DNA of 64,000 bases, taken from contig CACHAQ010000005.1 of NCBI GenBank assembly GCA_902577905.1, positions 21,928-85,927 of the forward strand, written 5' to 3'. Positions 7,750 through 16,606 of this stretch are shown piece by piece. Positions within the stretch are counted from its first letter, which is position 1. Each line of letters starts with the position of its first letter. Below the pieces are notes generated by a model. The model did no database searches and was not told the origin of the DNA. It worked only from the letters and a program-made list of their open reading frames with translations. Origin of the DNA: an uncultured Alphaproteobacteria bacterium. GTDB lineage: Bacteria > Pseudomonadota > Alphaproteobacteria > HIMB59 > GCA-002718135. The position numbers were made by a program, and so were the translations under genes.

Positions 7750-8757
7750 TTAAATTTTGACTAACATTTTGCCTAAATTTTTACCATTCAGTAGATCTAT
7801 AAATGCTTTTGGAGCATTTTCTATATTTTCATAAATTGTTTCTTTAAATTTTATTTTTCCTTCTGAAAGCCAATTTCGCATATCAGTTTCAAAAGGCTCA
7901 TTATCTTTTTCATGATCAAAAATTAAAAATCCTTTTATTGTTAATCTTTTTACTAATACGTGAGCCATATTTTTTAGCCCTGCAGGAGCAGAAGTTGAAT
8001 TCATTTGAGATATTCTTCCACAAATAATAATTCTTCCAAAATTTTTCATTCGAAAAATTGCAGACTCTAAAAAATCACCTCCAACATTATCAAAGTATAA
8101 GTCAAATCCTTCAGGACAAATTTCTTTTAAGTGAAGAACAAGGTTATCAATTTTTTTATAATTAAATGCTACATCAACATTTAATTCATTTTTTAACCAA
8201 TCAACTTTTTCATCTGATCCTGTACTAGCGTAAACTTTACATCCTAAATTTTTTGCAATTTGACAAACTGTTGATCCAACACTTCCACCTGCTGAAGATA
8301 CAAGAATACTTTGTCCCTTTTGTATTTTTCCATGATTGAAAAGACCAATATATGCAGTCTGCCCTGTCATTCCTAAAGGTCCTAGATAAGTTTGCAATGG
8401 AAGATCAGAATTTTTGATTTTTTTTAAATCACTGCTTTTGCAAATGAAGTTATCTCTCATACCAAAATTACTGAAAACAATATCTCCTTCTTGATATTGT
8501 GAGTCTTTTGATTTTTGGACTAAACCAATTGCATAACCTTCCATTTCCTCCCCTAGTAAAAAGGGTGGTTTATAATTTTTACGTTCTGTCATTCTCGCTC
8601 TCATATAGGGATCAACAGATATCCACGAATTAAGAACATGAATATTATTTGTTTCATCTAATTCTAAAGTTTTAGATTTAATTTCAAAATCATCTTCTTT
8701 AGGCAGCCCAGTTGGTATGTAATTTTTTAAAGCTACATATTTTGATATTATTGTCAT
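7750..8757 (-). CDS. NADP-dependent oxidoreductase, medium-chain reductase family (enone/alkenal reductase, YncB/CurA/PTGR1-like)
   Basis: 335 aa with cofactor motif VSSAGGSVGSTVCQIAK and a C-terminal GKNLGKMLVKI tail typical of this MDR subgroup. It lacks Zn-ligand cysteines. Last gene of the minus-strand operon. Confidence 0.8.
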   Translation of the reverse strand: MTIISKYVALKNYIPTGLPKEDDFEIKSKTLELDETNNIHVLNSWISVDPYMRARMTERKNYKPPFLLGEEMEGYAIGLVQKSKDSQYQEGDIVFSNFGMRDNFICKSSDLKKIKNSDLPLQTYLGPLGMTGQTAYIGLFNHGKIQKGQSILVSSAGGSVGSTVCQIAKNLGCKVYASTGSDEKVDWLKNELNVDVAFNYKKIDNLVLHLKEICPEGFDLYFDNVGGDFLESAIFRMKNFGRIIICGRISQMNSTSAPAGLKNMAHVLVKRLTIKGFLIFDHEKDNEPFETDMRNWLSEGKIKFKETIYENIENAPKAFIDLLNGKNLGKMLVKI

Positions 8758-8759
8758 AA

Positions 8760-9680
8760 TTATAATTTATATTTTTTCTTTAATTCTAGCAAATCTATTA
8801 AAAAATTATCTCTTATGTTACTTAAATCTTTAATAGAATGATTATTTGATTGTTTTTTTGTTCCTTTAATGATTTTTTCTTTAAGTGTTTTTGATAATTT
8901 TGGAGATTTGAGTTTAGTCCATGGAAGTTTCAATGCCGGTCCAAATTGATCTAACATGTGTTTCATACCCATTTCTCCTCCAGCTAGATGAAATGTAAGA
9001 AAAGTTCCCATTAGAGCCCATCTCATACCAGGACCATAAGTAATCGCTTCATCTAAATCTTTTGTTGAAGCAAATCCATCATTTACAATATGTAAACCCT
9101 CTCTCCACAAAGCTTCTTGCAATCTATCAGATAAAAAACCTGGCAATTCTTTTTCTACAAATAGTGTTTTCATTTTAATTTTTTGATAAAATTTTTTTGC
9201 TTTATTAAGATATAAATTTGTAGTTTTTTTACCTTTTACAATTTCAACCAACGGGAGAATATATACAGGGTTAAATGGATGAGCTATAATTAATCTTTTT
9301 GGATTAATACATTTCGATTGTAAATCTGATGGAAGTAAACCAGATGAACTTGAAGCAATTATCGCATTTGTGGGTGAATATTTACTTATATTTTTTATAA
9401 CATCTTTTTTTAAAGATAATCGTTCAGGTACATTTTCCTGAATTAAATCTGCATTTTTCACTGCTTCATCAATATTGTCTACGATTTCCAAATTTTTGAA
9501 ATTGATTTTTGTATTATATAATTTTTTTATAATTAAGTTTGTTCTTGCTATTTCTGCTTTTAGAAAATTTATTTGTCGAGAATTTTTATCAAATGCTTTG
9601 ACTTTTATACCATTAGCTAGAAATCTTAGTATCCAGCCGGTACCAATAACACCAGTTCCAATGACAGCAATATTTTTCAA
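8760..9680 (-). CDS. 3-hydroxyacyl-CoA dehydrogenase-family enzyme, L-carnitine dehydrogenase-like
   Basis: 306 aa with N-terminal Rossmann motif IAVIGTGVIGTGW and 3HCDH N- and C-domains. It sits 1 nt downstream of a BKACE gene, which is the known carnitine-module arrangement. Confidence 0.7.
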   Translation of the reverse strand: MKNIAVIGTGVIGTGWILRFLANGIKVKAFDKNSRQINFLKAEIARTNLIIKKLYNTKINFKNLEIVDNIDEAVKNADLIQENVPERLSLKKDVIKNISKYSPTNAIIASSSSGLLPSDLQSKCINPKRLIIAHPFNPVYILPLVEIVKGKKTTNLYLNKAKKFYQKIKMKTLFVEKELPGFLSDRLQEALWREGLHIVNDGFASTKDLDEAITYGPGMRWALMGTFLTFHLAGGEMGMKHMLDQFGPALKLPWTKLKSPKLSKTLKEKIIKGTKKQSNNHSIKDLSNIRDNFLIDLLELKKKYKL

Positions 9681-9681
9681 A

Positions 9682-10572
9682 TTAAAAATGTTTTTTTAGT
9701 TTTAATTTCTCTCTTGTCTGTTGTGGAGATAAAATAGACGCTCCCATATCTTCAACAATACATCTTGCTTTTTCAACCAACTGTGCATTTGATGCAAAAA
9801 CTCCCTTTTTTAAATAAAGATTATCCTCCAGTCCTACACGAACATTTCCTCCCAATATAACTGCCTGTGCAGCCATAGGCATTTGCGATCTTCCTATTCC
9901 AAATCCAGACCAAATTCCTTCAGAAGGTATCATTTCAGCCATAGCTTTCATTGCGCTCGTTGTTGCAGGTGATCCCCAAGGTATGCCAAGGCATATTTGA
10001 TAAAAAGGAGGGCCATCAATTAAACCTTCTTTATAAAGTTGGTTAGCAAACCATAAATGACCCATTTCAAAAGCTTCCATTTCTGGTTTCACTCCAAGCT
10101 CCTGCATTTTTTTTGCTGCAGTTCTTAGTTGTATCGGTGTATGAATAAATGTCATGTTTGAGTCACCAAAATTAAGTGATCCGCAATCTAAAGTACAAAT
10201 TTCAGGTAATAACTCTTCAACATGTTCTAATCTGCTTAATGCATCGATCATATCTGTATTTGCTCCCACCGGATTTAAAGGATCTTTCCCAGTCCCAACT
10301 TCAAAATCACCACCCATACCTGTAGTAAAATTTAAAACTACATCAGTTTCAGAAGAGCGAATTCTATCTGCCACCTCTTTATAATAACTTAAATTTCTAG
10401 AAGGTTTGCCATCAGGTTCCCTTACATGTACATGAGCTATTGCTGCACCCGCTTTGGCAGCTTCAATTGAAGCATCAGCAATTTGTTTTGGCGTTATAGG
10501 TAATTCAGGATGTTTACCTGCTGTATCTCCTGATCCAGTAACGGCACACGAAATTATTACTTCATTATTCAT
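9682..10572 (-). CDS. Beta-keto acid cleavage enzyme (BKACE/DUF849; 3-keto-5-aminohexanoate cleavage enzyme family), dehydrocarnitine-cleaving type suspected
   Basis: 296 aa with an N-terminal [14 protein letters not shown]-barrel start and the Zn-ligand block [11 protein letters not shown]. Context: dehydrogenase and thioesterase neighbours. Confidence 0.8.
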   Translation of the reverse strand: MNNEVIISCAVTGSGDTAGKHPELPITPKQIADASIEAAKAGAAIAHVHVREPDGKPSRNLSYYKEVADRIRSSETDVVLNFTTGMGGDFEVGTGKDPLNPVGANTDMIDALSRLEHVEELLPEICTLDCGSLNFGDSNMTFIHTPIQLRTAAKKMQELGVKPEMEAFEMGHLWFANQLYKEGLIDGPPFYQICLGIPWGSPATTSAMKAMAEMIPSEGIWSGFGIGRSQMPMAAQAVILGGNVRVGLEDNLYLKKGVFASNAQLVEKARCIVEDMGASILSPQQTREKLKLKKHF

Positions 10573-10614
10573 TATTTTAAACTACTATATTTTTTGAATT
10601 AATAAAGAAAAACA

Positions 10615-11082
10615 ATGAAGATATATTTAAATTCAGGAAGAGTTAAAAAAGAATGGACAGATTACAATGGTCATATGAATTTGGCATTTTATATTCATCT
10701 TTTTGATGCTGGATGGGAAGTGCTTTTACAAAAATTTAATATGGGTGAAACTTCTGCAAAAACAGAGAAGAAAACTACTTTTGCCGTAGAGTCACACACA
10801 ACTTATGACAAAGAAGTGAAAGAGGGCGATGAAGTAGATATTAATTTGTTATTTCTTGATAGGGATAAAAAAAGATTAATTTACAAATTAGAAATGACTC
10901 ATAAGCTTGAAGGTTACAGAGCAGCAACAACAGAGGTTTGTTCTTTATATGTTGATTTAAATATTAGAAAAGTTTCTGAATTAGAATTAGAAAAGCAAAA
11001 AGATATAGATAAATTTATTCAAGAAAATAAAAATAACTTTGATCCAGGTAACCTTACACTAATCAACAAGTTAAAAAAATAA
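10615..11082 (+). CDS. 4HBT/hotdog-fold acyl-CoA thioesterase (betainyl-CoA thioesterase-like)
   Basis: 155 aa. EWTDYNGHMNLAFYIHLFD matches the YbgC/4HBT N-terminal motif. It is divergent from the BKACE operon across 42 nt. Confidence 0.6.
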   Translation: MKIYLNSGRVKKEWTDYNGHMNLAFYIHLFDAGWEVLLQKFNMGETSAKTEKKTTFAVESHTTYDKEVKEGDEVDINLLFLDRDKKRLIYKLEMTHKLEGYRAATTEVCSLYVDLNIRKVSELELEKQKDIDKFIQENKNNFDPGNLTLINKLKK

Positions 11083-11661
11083 TTATAAATTTCTATAAGG
11101 TGTTCTATTAAATATTCTTTGGACCATTGGAACAAATTCTTTTAGAGGAATCGTATCATAATTTGGATCAAATGATGCTTGATCCCATCTTTCACAAAAA
11201 TCTATAGTGTCTTTAAAGAATTCATGACCTTTGAACTTATCTCTTAGATTTCTATCTTTTCCATAATAATGATTATAGTAGTAGGCTTGAAACAAACCAT
11301 GTTGTTCTACAATCCATCTTGTTTTTTCAGACACAAAAGGTTTTAATACTGCAGCTGCAAGTTCAGAATGATTAAGAGGTGCAATTTCATCACCTATATC
11401 ATGCAATAAGGAGGCCACCACCATTTCTTCAGAAGCTTGTTCACGTAACGCTCTTGACGCAGTTTGAAGAGAATGTTCTAATCTAGATACCTTATAGCCA
11501 CCTAAAGAATTGTCTAAACTTTCTAGCACTCTTACTATTCTATCAGCTGTACCTTCAATAAATTTATCTTCAAAATTAGCAAGAAGTTCATAATCCTCTT
11601 TATCACCATGTTTCATTTCAGTGAATTTTACTTCATCTTTAGACATGAAATAATTATACAT
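11083..11661 (-). CDS. HD-domain protein, PhnZ/TmpB/MIOX-like (putative mixed-valent diiron oxygenase)
   Basis: 192 aa. HD motif LLHDIG plus additional candidate ligands H63 (LEHSLQ), H98, H121 (EQHG) and D160 (ERWDQ). Size and ligand pattern resemble PhnZ-type HD oxygenases rather than phosphohydrolases. Confidence 0.65.
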   Translation of the reverse strand: MYNYFMSKDEVKFTEMKHGDKEDYELLANFEDKFIEGTADRIVRVLESLDNSLGGYKVSRLEHSLQTASRALREQASEEMVVASLLHDIGDEIAPLNHSELAAAVLKPFVSEKTRWIVEQHGLFQAYYYNHYYGKDRNLRDKFKGHEFFKDTIDFCERWDQASFDPNYDTIPLKEFVPMVQRIFNRTPYRNL

Positions 11662-11674
11662 ATTTTTAAATTTT

Positions 11675-12658
11675 ATGAAACTAATTCCTGAATGGCATGA
11701 ACACCAATATTGTTTGATTGCTTGGCCATGTAATAAAGATCTTTATGGAAAAATTATTAATAAGGCTAGAGATGAAGTTGCAAATGTAATTAATGAAATT
11801 GCAAAAACTGAGCATGTTATTGTTTTGTCAAATAAAGAAGACATTAATGAAATTCAAAATAAAACTGATCATGAAAATATAGATATTTTAGAATGTAAAT
11901 TAGATGATTCTTGGATGCGAGATATTGCACCAATTTTTTATAACGAAAATGAAAAATTAAAATCAATTAGCTTTGAATTTAATGGTTATGGAAAGTATCC
12001 AGATTATTTAAATGATAATAAAATATCAAAATTTATTTCAAACTATTTAAATATTCCAACAAAAATTTCTGACTTAGTTATTGAAGGAGGAGCAATAACT
12101 TATGATGATAAAAAAAATTTATTTAGTACGAAAAATGTAATATTTAATAAAAATAGAAAACAAAAACATAATAGTGAATATATTATTAAAGAATTAAAGT
12201 TCTTGTTTGACTTAAATTATATTTTTTTATTTGAAAATGGACTAATGGAGGATGATACAGATGGTCATGTCGATAATTTATTATGCCCGATCGGAAAAAA
12301 TCAATATTTAATTGCCACAACTCACAAATTAGATCCTAATTATGAAATATTAGAAAAAAACAAAGCTGATCTTATTAAATTTTTTAGAGATACTAATCAG
12401 ACATTTGATTTAATTGAAGTTCCTTTACCTTCAAGAAAAAAGATTAATAATAAGAATATTATTAGTTCATATATAAATTTCTATTTCAGTAAAAATAAAA
12501 TTATCTTACCTAAATTCAATGTTAAGGAAGATAATGAGGTAAAATTAACTTTTGAAAAGTTATTCCCAAATCGAGAAATTATTATGTTGGAAACAGAAAA
12601 TATAAATTATGGTGGTGGAAATATTCATTGTATAACAATGAATGTACCAAAAATATGA
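11675..12658 (+). CDS. aguA: Agmatine deiminase
   Basis: 327 aa with WMRDIAP, DGHVDN and the C-terminal catalytic Cys block GGGNIHCITM, characteristic of agmatine/peptidyl-arginine deiminase-fold enzymes. Confidence 0.85.
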   Translation: MKLIPEWHEHQYCLIAWPCNKDLYGKIINKARDEVANVINEIAKTEHVIVLSNKEDINEIQNKTDHENIDILECKLDDSWMRDIAPIFYNENEKLKSISFEFNGYGKYPDYLNDNKISKFISNYLNIPTKISDLVIEGGAITYDDKKNLFSTKNVIFNKNRKQKHNSEYIIKELKFLFDLNYIFLFENGLMEDDTDGHVDNLLCPIGKNQYLIATTHKLDPNYEILEKNKADLIKFFRDTNQTFDLIEVPLPSRKKINNKNIISSYINFYFSKNKIILPKFNVKEDNEVKLTFEKLFPNREIIMLETENINYGGGNIHCITMNVPKI

Positions 12659-13512
12659 AAGTAAAAGTAGCAACATCACAATTCAAGGCTATTAAAGGAG
12701 ACTTTGACGCTAATTTAAATAAAGCAATTAGTTTGGTTGAAAAAGCATCAAATGAAAATGTTGATATTTTACTTCTGCAAGAATTATTTCAAGATTATTA
12801 TTTTTGTTCAACAAAAAATGATAAATTTTTTGATCTTGCAATCGATTTTCCTTCTAATCCAATGTTCGAAAAATTATCTAATATTTGTAAAGATAAAAAG
12901 ATTTCATTACCAATTAGTTTTTTTCAAAAAAAGGAAAATAAGTTTTTTAACTCTCTAGTTATGATTGATTCTTTCGGTAAAATAAGTGAAGTTTATAATA
13001 AATCTCACATTCCTGAAGGACCTGGCTATAATGAGAAGTATTATTTTGAAAAAGGCAACACAGGCTTTATGGTTTTTGACACCCCTCTGGCAAAAGTTGG
13101 CTGTGCAATTTGTTGGGATCAGTGGTTTCCTGAATGTGCAAGAATATTAACGTTGAAAGGTGCAGATTTAATCTTTTATCCATCAGCAATTGGCTCTGAG
13201 CCACACATGCCTGAATTAAATTCAAAGGATCATTGGATTAATACAATGGTAGGACATGCTGCTGCAAATCAAATCCCTATAGTAACTTCGAATAGAATAG
13301 GGAATGAGGTCGAAGCTGATATTGAATTAAATTTTTATGGCAATTCTTTTATATTGGATCATCTTGGAAATGTAATAAATCGTATGAATGATAAGGATGA
13401 AGGAATAATAACTGCAACTTTAGATTTGTTAATTTCAAGAGAATATAGAAAATTATGGGGTAACTTTAGAGACAGAAGGCCAGATCTATATAAAAAAATT
13501 CTCGATTTTTAA
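12655..13512 (+). CDS. aguB: N-carbamoylputrescine amidase (nitrilase/CN-hydrolase superfamily)
   Basis: E-K-C triad context (LLQELF, YNKSHIP, CAICWDQWFPE). I prefer the ATG at 12655 (MKVKVATSQF, ATGA overlap with the aguA stop) over the track start at 12628. Confidence 0.85.
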   Translation: MKVKVATSQFKAIKGDFDANLNKAISLVEKASNENVDILLLQELFQDYYFCSTKNDKFFDLAIDFPSNPMFEKLSNICKDKKISLPISFFQKKENKFFNSLVMIDSFGKISEVYNKSHIPEGPGYNEKYYFEKGNTGFMVFDTPLAKVGCAICWDQWFPECARILTLKGADLIFYPSAIGSEPHMPELNSKDHWINTMVGHAAANQIPIVTSNRIGNEVEADIELNFYGNSFILDHLGNVINRMNDKDEGIITATLDLLISREYRKLWGNFRDRRPDLYKKILDF

Positions 13513-13540
13513 TTTATTTTATTTAATGTAATTTTTATTT

Positions 13541-13546
13541 AGGAGG
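13541..13546 (+). promoter_or_regulatory. Strong Shine-Dalgarno (AGGAGG) 6 nt upstream of the polyamine-binding protein ATG
   Basis: AGGAGGGGAATAATG read directly. Most genes in this window lack any such SD. Confidence 0.6.
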
Positions 13547-13552
13547 GGAATA

Positions 13553-14599
13553 ATGCTTAAGTATTTTATATCTCTATTAGTTTTAATTTCTTTTTCAGCT
13601 CAGGCTAAAGAAGAATTATTTATTTACAATTGGTCTGACTACATTGCCGAAGATACAATTGAAAATTTTGAAAATGAATTTGGCATTGATGTAACTTATG
13701 ATGTTTTTGATTCAAATGAGGTTCTTGAAGCTAAACTTTTAGCTGGTGGGTCTGGCTATGATATTGTCGTGCCTTCTGGTTCTTTTTTAGAAAACCAAAT
13801 CAAGGCTGGAGTTTTTCAAAAACTTGATAAATCTGAATTATCGAACTTAGGAAATTTAGATCCAGAAGTTTTATCAAAGATAGATGCACATGATCCAGGC
13901 GGTCAGTATTCAGTAAACTATATGTATGGCACAACTGGTATTGGTTATAATACTGATAAGGTTGATGAAGATGAGGTTACTAGTTGGAGTGTTTTATTTG
14001 ACCCAGCTATAGCTTCTAAATATGAAGATTGTGGTATAGCAATGTTAGATGCACCATCTGAAGTAATGGAAATTGCCTTAAAATATGTAGGTAAAGATCC
14101 TAACACCGAAGACGAAAATGATTATAAGGCTGCTCTTTCAATGTTGCAGGAGATTAGACCTTTCATTAGGTATTTTGATTCTTCTCAATATATAGATGAT
14201 CTTGCTAATGGTGAAATTTGTCTAGCTATGGGATGGTCAGGTGATGTTTTTATTGCTGCATACGAAGAAATAGAACCAGTTTGGTATTCTATTCCTTCAG
14301 AGGGAACTGTAATTTGGTTTGATATGATGGCAATTCCAGCTGATGCAAAAAATGTTTTAAATGCACATAAGTTTATAAATTATATTTTGCGCCCTGAAGT
14401 TGCTGCAGATATTACAAACTATGTTTGGTATTCTAATCCAAACAAAGCAGCTAATGAGCTAGTTGATCCAGAAATTTTAGGAGATCCAGCTATTTATCCA
14501 GATGAAGCAACTTTAAGTATGCTATTTGCTGATACTGCTGACTCACCTAAAAAAGCACAATTATCAACTAAATATTTTAATAAATTTAAATCAAATTAA
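13553..14599 (+). CDS. potF: Periplasmic putrescine/spermidine-binding protein
   Basis: 348 aa with a signal peptide (LLVLISFSAQA) and a PotD/PotF-family sequence (IYNWSDYIAEDTIENFE, GYDIVVPS). The SBP-ATPase-permease-permease order matches potFGHI. Confidence 0.85.
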   Translation: MLKYFISLLVLISFSAQAKEELFIYNWSDYIAEDTIENFENEFGIDVTYDVFDSNEVLEAKLLAGGSGYDIVVPSGSFLENQIKAGVFQKLDKSELSNLGNLDPEVLSKIDAHDPGGQYSVNYMYGTTGIGYNTDKVDEDEVTSWSVLFDPAIASKYEDCGIAMLDAPSEVMEIALKYVGKDPNTEDENDYKAALSMLQEIRPFIRYFDSSQYIDDLANGEICLAMGWSGDVFIAAYEEIEPVWYSIPSEGTVIWFDMMAIPADAKNVLNAHKFINYILRPEVAADITNYVWYSNPNKAANELVDPEILGDPAIYPDEATLSMLFADTADSPKKAQLSTKYFNKFKSN

Positions 14600-14614
14600 A
14601 AAATATACTTCATT

Positions 14615-14644
14615 TCAGCACTAATATATTAATATTAGTGCTGA
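14615..14644 (+). terminator. Intercistronic 13-bp perfect stem-loop after the SBP gene (partial terminator/mRNA stabiliser)
   Basis: TCAGCACTAATAT (14615..14627), loop ATTA, ATATTAGTGCTGA (14632..14644), followed by only TTT. Confidence 0.55.
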
Positions 14645-14650
14645 TTTAAG

Positions 14651-15718
14651 ATGGATAATAATTTTCTTGTAATTGAAAATATTTCTAAATCTTTTGGAGA
14701 TAACAAAGTTTTAGAAAATATTAATTTAAATATTTCAAAATCTGAATTTTTTGGTCTCCTAGGATCTTCGGGTTCAGGCAAAACTACCTTACTAAGAATA
14801 CTAGGTGGATTTGAGAAGCCAGATACAGGACGTGTAATCCTCGACGGAACAGACATAACAAACCTTGAGCCTTTTGATAGACCATTAAACTATATGTTCC
14901 AATCGTATGCTCTATTTCCTCACTTAAACGTATTTAATAATTTAGCTTTTGGAATAAAAGAAAATTTTACCCAAAAAGAAATTGAAATAAACGTAAGAAA
15001 TATTGCCGAACTTTTATCTATTGAAGATTTATTAAATAGAAGAATTAAGCAATTATCAGGTGGAGAGCAGCAACGAGTTGCTCTTGGAAGATGCTTAATA
15101 AAAAAACCTAAGTTATTATTATTAGATGAGCCTCTTGCAGCACTAGATAAAAAACTAAGATCAAAAACGCAATTAGAGTTAACAACACTCCAAAAGAAAC
15201 TAAAAATTACATTTGTTTTCGTTACCCATGATCAGGAAGAAGCAATGTCCTTATCTGATAGAATGGCAATAATGAAGAATGGTCTTATTTTGGAATGTTC
15301 TAGCCCTGAAGAGATTTATGAAAATCCTAAAAGTCTTTATACTGCCAATTTTATAGGGATTGCAAATATAATTGAGATTTATAAGAAAGATGAAAATTTT
15401 TATTCTGATGATTTAGGTATAAATCTTAAATTAAACAAAGAATTAAAAAATACAAAAACTAATATTTTACTAAGACCAGAGAAAATAAAAATACAATCAA
15501 TAAATAATTTGAAAACAAGTGCATTTAATTCCTTTAGTGGAGAAATTTTAGAAAAATCATATTTGGGAAGCTTTACACGTTATGAAATTAAAATTAAAAA
15601 TATGATAATTTCAGTTTTAGATCAGAATTTTAACTCCAACTCAAATTATAATTTCCCAAAAGGGGAGAAAGTCATTTGTAGTTGGGAAAGTGATTCAATT
15701 AAGGTTTTAGAGGATTAA
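14651..15718 (+). CDS. potG: Polyamine ABC transporter ATP-binding protein
   Basis: Walker A GSSGSGKTT, signature LSGGEQQR, Walker B LLLDEPL, and a C-terminal TOBE-like regulatory domain. 355 aa. Confidence 0.9.
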   Translation: MDNNFLVIENISKSFGDNKVLENINLNISKSEFFGLLGSSGSGKTTLLRILGGFEKPDTGRVILDGTDITNLEPFDRPLNYMFQSYALFPHLNVFNNLAFGIKENFTQKEIEINVRNIAELLSIEDLLNRRIKQLSGGEQQRVALGRCLIKKPKLLLLDEPLAALDKKLRSKTQLELTTLQKKLKITFVFVTHDQEEAMSLSDRMAIMKNGLILECSSPEEIYENPKSLYTANFIGIANIIEIYKKDENFYSDDLGINLKLNKELKNTKTNILLRPEKIKIQSINNLKTSAFNSFSGEILEKSYLGSFTRYEIKIKNMIISVLDQNFNSNSNYNFPKGEKVICSWESDSIKVLED

Positions 15719-16606
15719 TTGAAAAATAAATTATTTGAAAAATATTTTGTTTTTAGTCCTTATTTTTGGCTTGTTCTATTTTTTTTTATACCATTAGCTA
15801 TAATTTTTAAAATATCAATTTCGGTATCAGAATGGGGGATGCCTCCTTATCAAGATATTTTTCTTTTTGATAATGGATTTAAGATCAATACTACATTTGA
15901 AAACTATGTTTATATATTTAGTGATTATTACTACATTGGATCTTTTGTAAACTCTTTGATACTAGCTCTAATATCTACTTTTTTTTGTTTACTTATTGGG
16001 TTCCCATTAGCTTTTTATATTGCGACTTCAAATATCAGATTAAGAAATATCCTATTAGTTTTAGTAGTTATTCCATTTTGGTCATCATTTTTATTAAGAG
16101 TATATGCATGGAAAATAATTTTACAAAATAATGGAATTTTAAATGTAATACTTCTAAACCTAGGCATAACATCAGAACCACTTCAATTATTATACAATCA
16201 ATATGCTGTCATCATGGGAATTGTATACACTTATTTACCTTTGATGATTTTACCACTCTATGGATACTTAAATAAATTTGACTTAAATTTAATTGAAGCA
16301 TCAAAAGATTTAGGATTAAATCGTATTAAAACCTTTTTTAAAGTTATTCTTCCTTTGTCTGTTCCAGGAATTGTTGCTGGATCTTTATTAGTTTTTATAC
16401 CTGTTGTTGGAGAATTTATTATACCTGAAATGTTAGGTGGTAGTGATAGATTGTATTATGGAAAAATATTATGGGAGGAATTCTTTGTTAATAGAAATTG
16501 GCCAGGTGCTAGTGCTTTAGCTTTTAGTGGAATTATAATTTTGGTTTTGCCAATTGTTATTTTTCAAATACTTTATTCTCGTTGGAGTCAAAAAAATGAA
16601 ATCTAG
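15719..16606 (+). CDS. potH: Polyamine ABC transporter permease
   Basis: The TTG start abuts the potG stop. 295 aa, six hydrophobic segments, EAA loop (LIEASKDLGLNRIKTF). Confidence 0.85.
   Translation: MKNKLFEKYFVFSPYFWLVLFFFIPLAIIFKISISVSEWGMPPYQDIFLFDNGFKINTTFENYVYIFSDYYYIGSFVNSLILALISTFFCLLIGFPLAFYIATSNIRLRNILLVLVVIPFWSSFLLRVYAWKIILQNNGILNVILLNLGITSEPLQLLYNQYAVIMGIVYTYLPLMILPLYGYLNKFDLNLIEASKDLGLNRIKTFFKVILPLSVPGIVAGSLLVFIPVVGEFIIPEMLGGSDRLYYGKILWEEFFVNRNWPGASALAFSGIIILVLPIVIFQILYSRWSQKNEI

Noticed and set aside
12628-12654. Upstream starts proposed by the ORF track: aguB at 12628, potI at 16554 and rlmE at 47307
   Set aside because: Internal ATGs (12655, 16596, 47364) give N-termini that match the family consensus and produce typical 4-11-nt overlaps or a sensible divergent spacer. 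The extended versions add non-conserved residues read from within the neighbouring gene.
12737-12958. Same-strand alternative-frame ORF (73 aa) inside aguB
   Set aside because: It is out of frame within a gene whose main frame carries the full nitrilase-superfamily catalytic triad. The product is K/F/I-rich nonsense.
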